NCBI GenBank assembly: GCA_050084985.1
Contig: JBITNC010000002.1
Span: forward strand, 14,942,001-15,006,000
Length of the DNA stretch: 64,000 bases
Reading direction: 5' to 3'
Source: Nageia nagi
Taxonomy: Eukaryota; Plantae; Pinophyta
Shown here: piece by piece, positions 40,791-54,894 of the stretch
Layout: every line of letters begins with the position of its first letter
Position numbering within the stretch: position 1 is the first letter of the stretch
Notes under the pieces: generated by a model
What the model was told of the DNA's origin: nothing
What the model saw: the letters and a program-made list of their open reading frames with translations, nothing else
The model's database searches: none
Translations under genes and position numbers: made by a program

Positions 40791-41949
40791 AGCAGGCTAC
40801 CGCATTTGTTTATCTCTGCAGATAATTCTTTTTCTATGGTATTTCGTGTCGCTAAAGAAAGCCAACAGAGTAAATAGGAATTCGAATCATTGAACATTTC
40901 AAGATTAATTAGTTATTCTAGAAATATGCGTTGGTCAAAGGTTCGGTGGAAAGTAGGTGAGGACTATCCCATCAAATTCCTTAGACGACAGAAACATAAT
41001 ATAAAAAATTATTCAATGGATTATCTCTAAGCCACATGGATCAAACCAAGTATATATATATAGAGATTCATCATTGGGATATTTATTTATTTTAATTATC
41101 ATTCTAACCATATCAAAAAAAATTCTCCTTTTTAACTTAATTTTCTGTAACACTTATGATAAAGTCTTTATCTATATCAAAGTACTTCTTACCTTTGAAT
41201 GAATGCAAGGTTATCTAGATACACTAAATTATCTTCTTTGACACACTTAAAAATATCTAGGGATTAATAGTGTTATTTCTTAATTTTAGACCATACTTAC
41301 CTAAATAATTATATTTTCACCAGGGAATCCCTTTCTTTTGTTGAATCAACTTACATTATATGGGATATATGAGGCAACCCTTGGGTTTATGGTTACATTG
41401 GTAACATTATAATAGTCTTCTAAATTAATTCATAATTACATCTATGACTAGTGTTTTATTTTACACAAGATAGATGTTTATTTTTAAAGGTGTAGCAATA
41501 CTTTATTTGCACCACTACAAACTAAATTCATAGAGGAACATTTTTTTATTATTATATTAAATAGCTTTAGTCACATCTCATAGAGTGAATCATATCAAAA
41601 GCATTCCTTGACTTGTTACCGATAACCTTACATAAGAACCAAAGGCTATCATTATGGATACAAAAAGTTAAGTGAGTGATAGCTCCATCTCAAATCATGA
41701 TGTTACCATATTATAGGAAAATCCCTAATTTATACATCATGGGATATGAGCATTTGATTACATGTATATTCCCTCAAACATAACATAGGGAGTTTGCTTC
41801 ACATCATTATAGAGTTATTTTATTGACTTCATCAAATATTTATTCTTTGGAAGTAGCTCCTTGCCATCTTCATTCTTCATGCTCCTCCAATGGTCCAAGA
41901 TTCATTTTTGTTAGGTACTAAGTAAAGCTTTTGAGTAATTGAGGATTAG

Positions 41950-43862
41950 GACAATAGAGTAAATAGGAGTTCGAATGATTTCCTATTCCAAGATTAATTA
42001 GTTAATTAGCTATTTTAAGAAATATGCCTTAATCAAATGGATAAGGTTAGCTGAAAAGTAGGTAAGCACTATTCGATCAAATTCCTTCGACTCTGATGGA
42101 AATATAATATAAAAATGGAAGATATTTTATTTTAAATATAAATATTAGATGTTAAAGATAGATAGTTTACAGTCAATGATATTTATTTCGAAGTGGGGTT
42201 TTAAAGTCATACTTGACAAGGAACTTGTGTGAATGTTAATTTGGGTCTTTATCGAGAGTATTAAAACATGTCATATATATATTAATTTTAAATGTTAGAT
42301 TTATGTTAAGGTCAATCAAGTTTGGGATTGGATTTTTCCTTTTTTAATCTTTTCTTAGTACTTATTTATTTTTGGGTTCATGTTATTCTCAGGGATCCTC
42401 TTTAATTTTCAAATCCCTTAGGCAAAGTTTGACATATTTTCAGAACCAATATTCTCTATTATATTTGGAAAATAAGAAATAATATTATTTTTGTTCATGA
42501 AGCCCCTTCGACCACCTTCTCTCTTACTGATAAGTATGTTATTTTCTATGATTGCTGGTTGCAAATTATAGTTCAGGTTGAGAAAGTTCATGTGGAGGTT
42601 CAACACTTACGTAATTTACTAGACCATTGGGGGAATGTTCCTTGCACTATTATTTGTATCCCACTTGATGAGTTTCCTCCTCATCGAGCATGATCTCGTG
42701 GAGCTCCTCAATGTCGATCATGTAGTTGCACCCTTACTTCATTGCGATGTGTGTTTGCTGGTGTCACTCCTACCAACTCACCTCAAAATTGGCCATAGCC
42801 TCTACCCAATCCCAAACACATACAACATGGAGAGGCTACTACTTCTCATTCTTAGAGTTGGTGGGATGTTCATTTCGAAAATTTTAGCCCCTGTTATGGG
42901 ATGGGGAGATGTCTCAAATCCCTCATCCTAGCCTGCTCGTGATGTTGATATGTGTGCTAATGCCAATGGAAGCAATTGCAATAATGGATGGAATGTGGAT
43001 CCTACTGAGCACGATGGTTGGGAACACATGAAATTTATTGATAACTTTCACTCGTTGTCTTCTCATGATTAATGAGGTGTTTTCTTTTGCTAATCGTTAA
43101 GCTTTAGGGATTGTGTTTTTGGTTGGTGGTAATGAACTTCGAGGATTTGTTGGTGGTCACTATTATGTTTTAGCTCGTTCCTTATCATGTGAGGGTTTTG
43201 TAATCATTTCCTAACTCTTCGTAGTTAGTTTATGGTTGTGGTCATCCATGGGGTGTGCTTAACTCCACCCAAACCTTTTTGTATGAAAAAGTTTTTAGTA
43301 ATATAAAAATATCTTTTTCATCCAAAAAAAAGATAGGTATCGAGAGATTAACACCCTTCATTGATAGATATATATTTAACATATTTGTTTATAATATTTA
43401 TAAATTAAATTGTGAATATAATAGTTGAAATATAATTATAATTATAAAATAATTTTAATTACTATTTGATGAATGTTTTTTAATATATTACATAAATATT
43501 ATTTTTATAATACATAAAATTACTAAATTAAAATTCTAAAAAAATATTATTTGTTAATAAAGATACAATTGATATGACACAAAAGATACTATTTATGAAG
43601 AAAAATATAATAAATATCATAGAACAAAATTAAATATGAAACAATGATTAAATATTGTAAAGAGAGTTTTGGATTAATTTCAATCATTCATTTATACGAA
43701 TATTAAAGTGGTAAACTAATTTTAACCATTGACTTATTGTTAAATGAACAAATGAGCATATCATAATCAAATCCTTTGCCACTATCAATATATGATGCCT
43801 CTCGATGTAATCAAATAATTACATACTAATTTTAAGAGTTGAATTTGGATTTATCTATAAGG
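41950..43862 (-). repeat. Extra, more diverged copy of the kinase upstream region (41950-42310 ~ 31495-31810; 43345-43862 ~ 32065-32570), split by an insertion
   Basis: Shared blocks gagttcgaatgatt...caagattaattagtt, gaagtggggtttt, ttgggtctttat, aaattgtgaatata, aatattatttgttaataaagatacaat, tactaattttaagagttgaattt. Confidence 0.8.
42310..43331 (+). mobile_element. ~1-kb insertion ending in an A-tail (probable LINE 3' fragment)
   Basis: Absent from the paralogous upstream region; T-rich 3' segment ending tcatccaaaaaaaa; no TSD found. Confidence 0.4.
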
Positions 43863-43959
43863 TCTATACACTCCTTTTTTATTGGTTTCCCTAAAAATCC
43901 CAAAAGAAGGTAGGAACCAAGGCAAAAATATTTCAAAATGATAATTAATTTTTTTTGAT

Positions 43960-44730
43960 AGCTTGCTCTTCATGATGGAACTTTTAATGCCCCAAAAATA
44001 CTAAAAATGTTGTTTTATGATCTTTTAATACCCTAAAAGAACAAAAAAGGGTTGATCTAACTATTTTCACTCTCCTTGTGTACTAGTTATTCTTCCAAGA
44101 AATATGTCTTGATTATGGATCTTTTGCAATATCCCAAAAGAACCAAAAGGGAGTGTCCTATGCCATCATGGGGTTACCATGACCTGCAAGATTTGTTATA
44201 TGTTTAATTTTTTATTAGCCCAAAAGAACTAAAAGGGAGTCTATTATTAGGTCATGGAGTTTCCATGATCGAGCCTTTTGTGATACCCAAAAGAATGAAA
44301 AAGGAGTTGACTAGGGTATCATGTTGCCATGACTTGTGAGAATTTCTTATGTGCTTGATCCTTTACTCTCCCAAAACACTATGATAAGAAGTTATACTTA
44401 ATGATGGATCTTTTACAATGATCCAAAAGAATCAAAAGGGAGTCTACTATTAGGTAATGGGGTTGCCATGACTAAGTCTTTTTCAATGCCCCATAAGAAA
44501 AAAAGGAGTCAAATAGGGTTTCATGGGATTTCCATGACTTGTGTGATATCTTGTGTGTTTAATATTTTATTACCCCAAAAGACCATAAAAAGAGAGTATA
44601 TTGGAATCACTAAATGGTTGATCTTTTATTGCCCCAAAAGACCATAAAAAGGGAGTTTACTAGAATGACCAAATTTATTAATTTTTACTACCAAAAATAC
44701 CATGAAAAAGATGTCTACAAGAATTACTAA
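43960..44730. repeat. Second array of the ~70-bp double-hairpin repeat
   Basis: e.g. ggatcttttgcaatatcccaaaagaaccaaaagggagt...tcatggggttaccatgac (~44118) and ggatcttttacaatgatccaaaagaatcaaaagggagtctact (~44406). Confidence 0.85.
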
Positions 44731-45911
44731 ATCACTATATTGGATCTAAACATACATAACTAAAAGATTCACTCCATCAATGTTGTACTTGTAGGAATAT
44801 AATTCTATCAATCCTATGGATTCTAACTTTTTAGTTTTGAAACTTATTGAATTCTAATATCTAAATTTTGCTTTTGATTTAATATTTTTATCTTATTTTT
44901 ATTGATTTCAAATTTTTATCTACTGGATTTCTTATCTATTTTGATATCATTGATTCATTCTTAGATCTAAGTAAAACTTTTCCAAGAAAAAACCCTAAGG
45001 TTTAAGGTAAATCCATCAAAAGAGTCATGTTCACCAAAATGTGGATTGATAAAATGAATTACTAAATAGTTCAATTAATTATAATCTAGCACCAAATTAA
45101 TTGAGATTCTTTGATGATTTACAAACTAGGTCAAATCCCAATTAATTAATCAACCTCATATATGATACCTTCGACACCATAATGAGTAAAATAAATTAAT
45201 AAGTAATTCTTTGCATATCTATAATGTAATTTTGCATTAATATTCTCTGAAATTATGTAAACTAGGTTAGATCTTTGGTAAATGAAGCATGGATCTATCA
45301 CTTATAGGAAATCCACCATTCATCCTCCAAGTTTCGCACCACATAGATTAAAAAATAACTCTATTGACACTCTTCATGTAGTTAGATCACTCTTATGGTG
45401 GAGTAGATTCTAACCCCAAATGCTAAGTAAACTAATAATTTGGCATTCTTAGCCATATAATAAATTGATCTTCAAATTTGGGGACTTTAGCATGCGATAA
45501 CCACTCCTACAACACCCTTGATGCAATCAATTCACTCCTATGTTAGACCAAATAAAAAGAATGAAAAATAATAAATAGTAATAGGATGTAATAAATTCAA
45601 ATTTTCACAGGTGGTGTCAAAATACATCATTTCATTTATGGCTCTCTAGGATGATGAATGTCTTGCTTTGATCTTCCTTTTATATTTGAATTATTTTTTA
45701 TATCTATACCTTTTTAAATAATATTTTTAAATATCATAAATTAATTTAATAATAAATAAAAATTTATTTTTAGATGTCTATAGAAGTAGCATTGATGACC
45801 AATGCAAAGGAAGAGTTGGTTAATCAAAAACCATACTTGAGTTTACTTTATTTCTTAACTCTGTGGTTTTAATTTAATTTTTTTTAAGGGTGTGATAACC
45901 AAATATCATTT

Positions 45912-46089
<178 letters not shown>

Positions 46090-47370
46090 TTTTCAATTGC
46101 TAATGAATTTATACATTACACTTCACCACACCACTTTTAATTAATTATACTTGAGAAGGAATTCCTTTTCTATTTTGGATTATATTTAAAAATGTTAAAA
46201 TGTAATATTTATGACTAGTAACAATATTTGCATTTTTTAATACTTTATGACCAATATAAGTATAAAGATTTAAATTCAAACAAATCATGAAAATAGAAGA
46301 TCCACAGATCATGCAACCTACATTATGATGAAATATTAATAATTGCATGAAATCAAAATAAACCTATTCATGTAAATATTTTATATGTATGGAAGACCAT
46401 TTGATACTACCTAAGGAACTATTATCGATCATGGTGCCCATGCAATCTCTTAGGAAAATCGATCATCCCCATTCTATCTACATTTTTTTCTATGTGTTAT
46501 TAATCTCATATGACTCATTAATGCCTTGAAACACATAGAAGAGAGAAAAAATAATAGTATTCATGATAACATAAAATCAAGTAAAGTATGTAAGTATAAA
46601 ATTTATGATTTCATGTGCAAGAATATGTGTCCACTTTATGGTCAAAAAGTGGATGTTTTTTCCTTTATTTTCAGGTTTGGTCACAATTGATATCAAAAGT
46701 TGAAGCACTTAGACATGGAATCTTGAAAATATCACTTTGCTAAAAATGTACTGCTCAAACTCTAGTTTTTAAATATGTAATTTATTTCAATTTACTTGTA
46801 TGTCAAAAATTAAATTTTGATAGGCATGTATAAAAACTATCGTTTAAAATTAACTATTTCAGGATCATACCATGCATTGTTGGGGAAGTATAATTTGACC
46901 TAAATTAAAGTATTTTTTAAAATCATTTTGGAAAAAGATTGCTAAGACATTGAATATTGTTGAGGATATTTTTCATAATTTTTTTATTAATATTTTTTAT
47001 TAAATTTTTATTGGTTCTAATTACTTTTTCAAAAGTGCTCACGTTGGATAAGGATAACTTGACTTAAACTTATCCTTTTTTTGAAAGTTTTTTTGTATTT
47101 AGTAAAGAATTATTTGTACATTATTATCTTATATTTTTTCATAATTCCAAAATAATAATATATTAAATAAATAAGACAACCTAATTTTTCAAGTTTATGG
47201 ATAGTTTGGTTTGAAAATTAATTGAAAAATAGAAAATATCATATAATTATAAAAAAAATTACATATTTAAAATCTACACTCTCTCATCTATAATGGGTTT
47301 TAATTTCCTAAAAATATTCCACAAAAATATCATCAAATACACACTAGAAGTCAATTTTTTCCATTGTCAT

Positions 47371-48115
47371 TGATAAGAACTTACATGTGCATGTCCAAGG
47401 TTGAGGGTTGGCTCACTATGCCTCTCCCAAGCCAAAATTCAAGGACAATTCCAAGGGATCTTACAAAGACAAAAATATTAAAATGGTCACCAAAGATATT
47501 TATAAGTATTTAAACCTAGAAGTTTAAGGGTACTCTATTTTAACGGACTTAAGCTACAAGTTTTCCTATTCTACTCTTATATTAAATGAATTGATTATAT
47601 AAATAATAATGAATTAATAATATAATGGAATATTGCTAACATGATCCCCCGTTAAAAAATATTTATCCACAAAGCAAGTTACTATTTCTCCTGTTGATGT
47701 AAGAGCTATTGAATATTGCATCTTTAACTACTAGAACCTTCCATAGCATAAGCACTTCCTCAATTGTTCAATTGTTTAGTGAATGCAAGTTTTTGTCCAA
47801 GATTTCTTTTAGGTCTAAATTGATCAAACCTTCCTTTGCAAGTTATGGAAGGATATTCTTTTCCATTATATTCTATCCAAGAACTTTTTTAAGGTAAAAA
47901 ACATGACAAATTAGGTAAATTTTTGAAGAAGATAAAAATTAAAATTTATATGTGACTATTCCAACTTGGTGAAGAAACTTACAAGGTCCATAAAATATTG
48001 GTATAATATTTTTCCTTGAAGGTTTAATGATGTTTTCTTATATGGTTATACTTGAAAGAATAATATATCTCCCACTTTCAACTTATGTTTAGATCTCTTT
48101 AAATTAACTTGTTAC
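47371..48115 (-). mobile_element. Gypsy chromovirus 3' end: integrase C-terminus/chromodomain relic, PPT and short 3' LTR (~47641-47371)
   Basis: Minus-strand LKVGDI...IFYGPCK...VGIVTYK...LKKVLG...IEEVLMLWK; then aacgggggatca followed by TGTTAG; candidate LTR end ...cttatCA. Confidence 0.65.
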
Positions 48116-49634
48116 TATTATTCTTTCAGAATCACACTTTGTATACAGGGTAACATTCTTCTATTCTTTAATTCATTCTTGCCTTCTCAATAAATCTATA
48201 CTTTTAATTCTCATTTCTTACTCATTCATTCTTTTGTAAATATTGAAATAAGAGTATAGTCTTTATACTTAGTCTTTTTCTCAAATTTGTTAAGTTTAGG
48301 AAAGTTTGGGTACTATAGATGTATACGGGTCTTAGTTAATTTGTTTGGTAACTTAAGCGCTATTTTGTTCAAAAGCGAGTGTTTTCATGACAATAGGTCC
48401 AACAACTTGGTAATAATACATTCAGGTCTTCATTGGTAACTATACATAAGTCTGAGGTCGAAAGGTAGTGTCACTATGTCTAAGTCATATCCGGGAAGTA
48501 GTGTAACCTATGAGAGAAGTAAATGTTTAAGTTTAAATTAGGGTCTTATAGAAGTTCAAGGTTGTAAAGTTTAGGTTCTATAGAATCGAGTATTCTTTCC
48601 AGGTAGTATTGTAAATATGAGTCATCATTGAGATGAAGCTATCAACGGGCAATGTTATAGAGCCTATGGATTTCTAGAGGAGAACTTATGCCATACATCG
48701 AAAATCAACAAGCATTAGGATGGTCCATCAATGGGTACTACCAAGGGAGCAAGTAGCAAGAGATATTTTAGAAAGCTTAGTCTACAAAGCCCATTGATTT
48801 TGAGCATGAAGTCACATATTTTGTTAAAAATTGATGGGTACTAAAGTGAGTCCCAATCAACAATAAATCCTATCAAAAACAAATAAGACCCATTATACTA
48901 AGAAGGGAATAGTGAGTTAGGGGAGATGCTCGAATCCACTTAACCATGAGTGTTTGACCCTTGAGGCTTTGTTAATGTGTCAACCATGACTCATTTTCAC
49001 ATGATAATAGCAATTCTTCCCTGGGTTTCAATGATACATCTTTCATTACCCTCACAACCCCTGCAACCTAGAGATATAGTGATCCTCATAAATGGTTGAA
49101 AAGAGTTAGATGGCTACCGATAAAGCATAGAGATAAATTGTACCAATTAAGTTGACAAATCATACCTCAAAAATTAGCTATAATTGTAACAAGATATAAT
49201 CAAAGATAAATAAGAGAGATTACAGATGAGAAAGTACAAAAGTTCAAAGTTTGCAAATTCCTAGATGATGACACTAATTGTACCAAACCATTATGCAATC
49301 TAGCATAATTATTACATTTGTAAATAGTTCTATGTTATGTTCTTATTCAATAGGATAATTAAGGGTAGTAATGGTGGACAACCACCCAATTGCAAATATA
49401 TTCATATAAATAATGGGCTATTAAAGGTCCAAAGGGTTGAACATTTTAGCAAGGTTTCCTAGTATATGAAATGCTTTCATATATGATAATACAATGCCAT
49501 GATACATTGCCCTTTGCAATCTATGGTTGTCTATTCTATCTTATGGATATTATGTATGAGATGTTCTCTTAAGTTGTGGCTATGTATTATGACTGAAATA
49601 CCCCAAGAGTAATATAGTTTACTATTCCTAAGCA
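48116..49634. repeat. Left ~1.5-kb LTR-like direct repeat
   Basis: Collinear with 53423-54894 from t(a/g)ttattctttcagaatcacactttg to gtttactattcctaa; starts exactly where the chromovirus integrase relic is cut. Confidence 0.85.
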
Positions 49635-49639
49635 AGAGG

Positions 49640-52600
49640 GGGTGAATGATAAATTTATAATGATTCATGAGGAGTATTTGGACAATGCTCCCGGTGTCAC
49701 TTGGATGGAGATGAGGGTTATTAATCATTTGGATACATGGTGAGTAGACCTAGAGATAATTCTATTGCAACACCAAATTACATAAGTTACAAGTAAAGGG
49801 AAGTCATTAGTTGAATCCAAAAGGAATGTTATCCTAGACCAGGGCTTAGCATATTATGTGCCCTATAAGTCCTTCACTATTCAAAGCTCCTTTTCTCCAT
49901 CGCACTTAGGCACATCCCCCAAGGTAATGAAGTTAAAGCTTATACGGAGTAGAAGGAGGGAGAATCAAAGTCCAAGTGCAAGCTTAATATCTTTCTATAC
50001 TACTCCCCAGAGTCAATTCCACATGCATTTGTAGTCCCTACTAACTAGAGCTTCCATGTCAAGAAGCAAATCGACCTCAAGAGAGAGAAAGTTGAATTTT
50101 ATCAAAATGAGGGAGAGATGCTGGACTAAATTGATGAAAGGTATGAAGGTAGAACCACCAAACTCCAACAAAGATATGATATCATCTCCTTCAAGAAATC
50201 TCAAGACAAGTAGGTCCTACAATCATTGGTAATCATTTTCAAGAAGAAGACCCAAATAGAAGCAAATGAAGCTATGATGAGAATGAAATACAATATTATT
50301 GAAGCTCACATTTCCTACAATTTTCCTACCTTTATCTTAAATGATGTAAGAAAAAATCTATTCAACATAAAAAATTGATTTTTGACATTCATCATACTTG
50401 TGGTGGCTCATTATCCATCAAAATTTGGAAGCTCTGGTGGAAGGAGGACTTCACATTCAATTGGAAACTTTTTCCACAACACCTATGGTAATTGATTTAA
50501 GAGTATCAGTGCTTACAAAACTCCATGGTCCATACTATAAGTTTATGAAAAAATTATTTTACCCAATAATGCAAATTCCCATAGGTAAGGTTACTCATAG
50601 ATTGCACTAGTCAATCATTTAGGAGCTACAGGGAGGAAATAAAATAAGTGATTGGTAGTTTTTGAAGAATTGTACAATTATAATAAGGTATGGGTATTTT
50701 GAAAACCCATTTTTCTTACCAAAATTTGTTACTTATCAGTTATATTCTATAGAAATGGGTAGGCAAATGTGTGTAATTGAAATAAAGTATGGTTCAAGGG
50801 GTAATTTCAAACCCATCATCAAAATGTCTACCACTGCTGCTAATTTTACATTAATGGAAATAGGCTGTAAAGATGAATTGGAAAAATGTATTATACAAAA
50901 TTTTAAACTAGATATAGTAGAAGATCCTTGGGTGTATGATCCATTGGAGGATATTAAAAAAGTAATAAAATCAAATAAAAAAGGCCCAGCATTTGGCCAT
51001 GAGCCTTGGCCTCATATTGAGTATTTTGTAAATCAAAATGAATAAGAAGCTGAGGCATCCCTAGAGTGGGAATTTGGAATTTTGGATAAGACCTAGCTAG
51101 CCCTTGAGGGCATTAAAAAATATAGGATATGGGAGGTTAGAAGGTAAGATTTTTTCTTGAATCTTGAGGTTGTAGCCTAGTTGAGGGATGAGTTGGGTTG
51201 GGGCCCCAACAAAATTGATTATTTTATAAAATTCAATTTTGAGTATACTACCAAAGTAAATCATGCTGAAAAACAACACTTTGGTGAGTTCCAATATAAT
51301 CATTACTAGAATGCCCAATACATGCAAGATCCATTTTCAAAAATAGGTAACCACTTCCAACTAATTTTTAAGGAAGGGTAGTAGGAGATGACCAACATTG
51401 GTACAACAAGCACAAAAGCTGCCAAAGAAGAAAGAAGTTGGTGAACCATTTGGTTCATGTTAGCCTTAGAAAAGGAATAAGGGTGCTTAAGTCACAACAA
51501 TTTCTACTTCCTAGGAGTCTTCTCTAAAGAGAAGAAGAATTAGAATTATAAAATAAGCACAACAAACCTTGGAGAAGAAATAAATACTAAAAAAGAAGGT
51601 ACATACTAGTAAGCCACCTAAAGTTAAAAGCACACAAACTCCATCTCCCTGGGAAATAAGTCATGAATAGCCTGAACCAAGTATAGGGGAGATAGAACTA
51701 ATGGAAATAGAAGAAACTCAAATACCTCAACATATGGACTTTGTTATTTATAAAGATGCTCAAGAAGAAATGGGGGATGAAGTGCAACAAGGAGGAAATG
51801 TACTAGGCACAGGTGGTACAACGATAATTGGAGGTGAAGCAAGAAGAGATGGAGATGATGATGATGATAAGGATCCTAAGAAAAAGAAATACTCCAACCC
51901 AAAGGATAAGATACAAGAAAAGGAGAAGCCTCCCTTATAAGAAGAAGAAGAGTATGTACAGATAATAGCCTCCATCAAGAAAATACAAGAAAATCCTGCA
52001 TAAGACACTTTGATATCTACTTCAAGAGTAGGTGTATCTCTCCATTCTTTGATTCCTTTTTCTATAGCCTCATAAGTGAAATAATATTTTTTCTACTCAG
52101 ATAGTAGATCCCATTGATTGGAAAACATTTGTTAATAAACCCCTTACACTCTTGGATTAATAGGCAATAATTTTGAGTAGAGTAACTGAAATGAGGGATA
52201 TTAAGATTACCCATATGCCTTTCAAACAAGGGAAACTAGACACCAACCCCATAACTATAATAAATGTAAATATGCAGAGTACTCTAGTCATAGACCAATC
52301 TATATTTTTGGTAAATACTTCCTTAGTGGTTGATAAAAGTCTCCAATCCATGGAGAATAAAATTGACAAATTGAATAAAAAGATAGATCAATACAAAAAA
52401 GAATGCTCCAAAAGGATAAGATGATAGTCAGGTTGCAGAACCAAAATAAGGAATTGATAAAGAAACTAGATAAACAGAAGTCTAAACATGAAAAGAGCAT
52501 TCAAGAGGCTAAGGTTGAGCTAGAAAACATGAAGAAACAAATTGAAGATCTGAAGTCTCAAGCTACCATGGTTGAAAAATAAAAAGCTCAATAAACAAAA

Positions 52601-53375
52601 GAGGAGTTGAAGAAGATAATAACAATAAACAAAGTGCTTAATGATGATAAGAACAAGCTATTGCAAATTGTTAAAAAATTTAGAAAATCCTTGGTTGAGT
52701 AGATAGGAGAGAGACTAGTGAGTATATCATAGCTTCACTTCTTGAAAAATAAAATAGAATAGTCTCTTGAGTAATATTTTACTCGCACTACACTTCACAA
52801 ACTGGCCTTATCCATCCCCAGGTCAATAATTAAAGGGATGCAAAGTTGGTTCAATGCCTTAATAGAAAATGATTTGGCTGTTATAACTCCAAGACCCAAG
52901 AAAATAATTTTGAGGAGGACAAGAGACATTTGTAATCTGTAGGATCTAGTGTTTATCCAAAACACTAGCTGAGGAATGAAATTGGTTTTGTAAATAGATT
53001 CTTTCATTCTTTGGTTTAGTTAAAAGCTCCCAAATTATGGGAGGAACCAAATGTACAAGGTAGTACCAATTGATGGGTGGAAAATACCAAGTAAGTTTTG
53101 GAATGAAACAAATCTCAAATCTGCAAGCAATAAGTGACTTGGCCTAGGAAGCAATTTTGAAATTTTTGTATGCTAGAATACTGGAAAGCATGCTAGCAAG
53201 CTTCAAAGAAAATATAGTCAAGATACAAGCATACCTTATTTTATCACAAGTGGAGAATCAAGATATGAAGGATTTATATAAGAAACTCTAGTTTTTGCTT
53301 CCTTTAGAATTAGTGCCACCGTTAGAAGTCCTGCCAAAGGATCCATCTAAGCAAGTAAGCAAAAGTAGCAAATGA
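49640..53375 (+). pseudogene. Decayed retrotransposon accessory ORF (globular domain, acidic/basic linker, long coiled coil); no gag/pol recognisable
   Basis: Plus-strand fragments 50398-50610, 50662-51045 (YGYFENPFFLPKFVT...EMGRQ...WVYDP...FGHEP), 51701-51940 (GDDDDDKDPKKKK), 52173-52760 (K/E-rich heptads). Confidence 0.6.
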
Positions 53376-53422
53376 GAGTCCGATTCTTCAGCAAGCTAAA
53401 ACCCCAAGAGCCACCACAAGAT

Positions 53423-54894
53423 TGTTATTCTTTCAGAATCACACTTTGTAAACAGGATAACATTATGCTATTATTTAATTCATTCTTTCCTTATCAATAA
53501 ATCTATACTTTTAATTCCTATTTCTTATTCCCCATTCATTCTTTTGTAAATATTGAAATAATAGTATAGGCTTTATACTTGGCCTTTTTTCTCAAATTTT
53601 GTTATGTCTAGGAAATTTTAGGTACTATAGATGTATATGGGTCATAGTTGATTTATTTGGTAACTTAATTGCTATTGTGTTCAAAAGCAAGTGTTATCAT
53701 GAAATTAGATCTCCAAACTTGGTAATAATACAATCAGGTCTTCATTGATAACTATACATAGGTCTAAGGCTAAAAAGCAATGTCATTGTGTCTAAGTCAT
53801 ATCTGGGAAGTAAATGTTTAAGTCTAAATCCAAGTCTTATAGAAGTTCAAGGTTGTAAAGTTTAGGTTCTATAGATTCGAGTATTCTTTTTGGTAATATT
53901 GTAAATAGAATCATTGCTAAGATGAAACTATTAGTAGCTAATATTATAGATCTTGTGGATTTCTAGAGGAGAATTTATGTTGTACATCGAAAATCAACAA
54001 GCACTAGGTGGTCCATCAAATGGTACTACCAAGGGAGCAAACGGTTGAAGATATTTCAAAAAGCTTATTCTATAGATCCCAATGATTGTGAACGATCATG
54101 TCACACATTTTGTTGAAAATCAATGGGTGCTAAAGTGAGTCCTAATCAACAATAAATCTTGCCAAAAGAAAATAAGACCCGTTATACTAAGAAGGGAATA
54201 GTGAGTTAGGGGATATGCCTGGGTCCACTTAACCATGAGTTTTTAACCCTTGGGGCTTTGCCAATGTGTCAAACACGACTCATTTCCACATGATAATAGT
54301 AATTATTCCTTGAATTTCAATGATACATCTTTCATTGCCTTCACAACCCCTTGTAACTCGGAGACACAATGATCCTCATAAATGGTTGCAGAGAGTTAGA
54401 TGGTTGCCAACAGAGCATAGAGACAAACTGTGCCAATCAAGTTGATGGACCATACCTCAACAATAAGCTACAGTTGCAATAGAATATATTCAAATAAAAA
54501 TTAGAGATATTATAGTTGAGAAAGTATAGAAGTCCAAAGTCTACAAATTGTGCAATCTAGCATAATTAAAAACTGTACATTTGTAAATAGTTCTTTATCT
54601 TGTTCTTAGTCAATAGGATAATTAAGGGTAGTAATGGTAGATAACCACCCAATTGTAAATATATTTATATAAATAGTGGAAATTTAAAGGTCCAAAGGGT
54701 CAGACATTTTAGCAAGATTACCTAGTGTATGAAATGCTTTCATATATGATAATACAATGCCATGATACTTTACCCTATACAATTTGTGGTTGTTTTTTCT
54801 ATCTTGTGGATATTATGTATGAGACATTATCTTAATTTGTGGTTGTATATTGTGACTATGATACCCCAAGAGTAAGATAGTTTACTATTCCTAA
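53423..54894. repeat. Right ~1.5-kb LTR-like direct repeat
   Basis: Begins TGTTATTC; TATA-like tatataaata ~230 bp before the right end; no terminal CA. Confidence 0.85.

Noticed and set aside
45000-45500. Possible gag relic on the minus strand (DEWWISY...LT*F..FQRILMQNY)
   Set aside because: Too degenerate to support without a profile search.
46300-47370. DNA-transposon/MITE-like AT-rich DNA (similar texture at ~8200-8460, ~16480-16760, ~26760-27000)
   Set aside because: No terminal inverted repeats or TSDs could be located.
49905-49925. ggcaca|tccccc as LTR end plus minus-strand PPT
   Set aside because: It lies inside the continuous plus-strand accessory reading frame (LLFSIALRHIPQG) and beyond the shared repeat.
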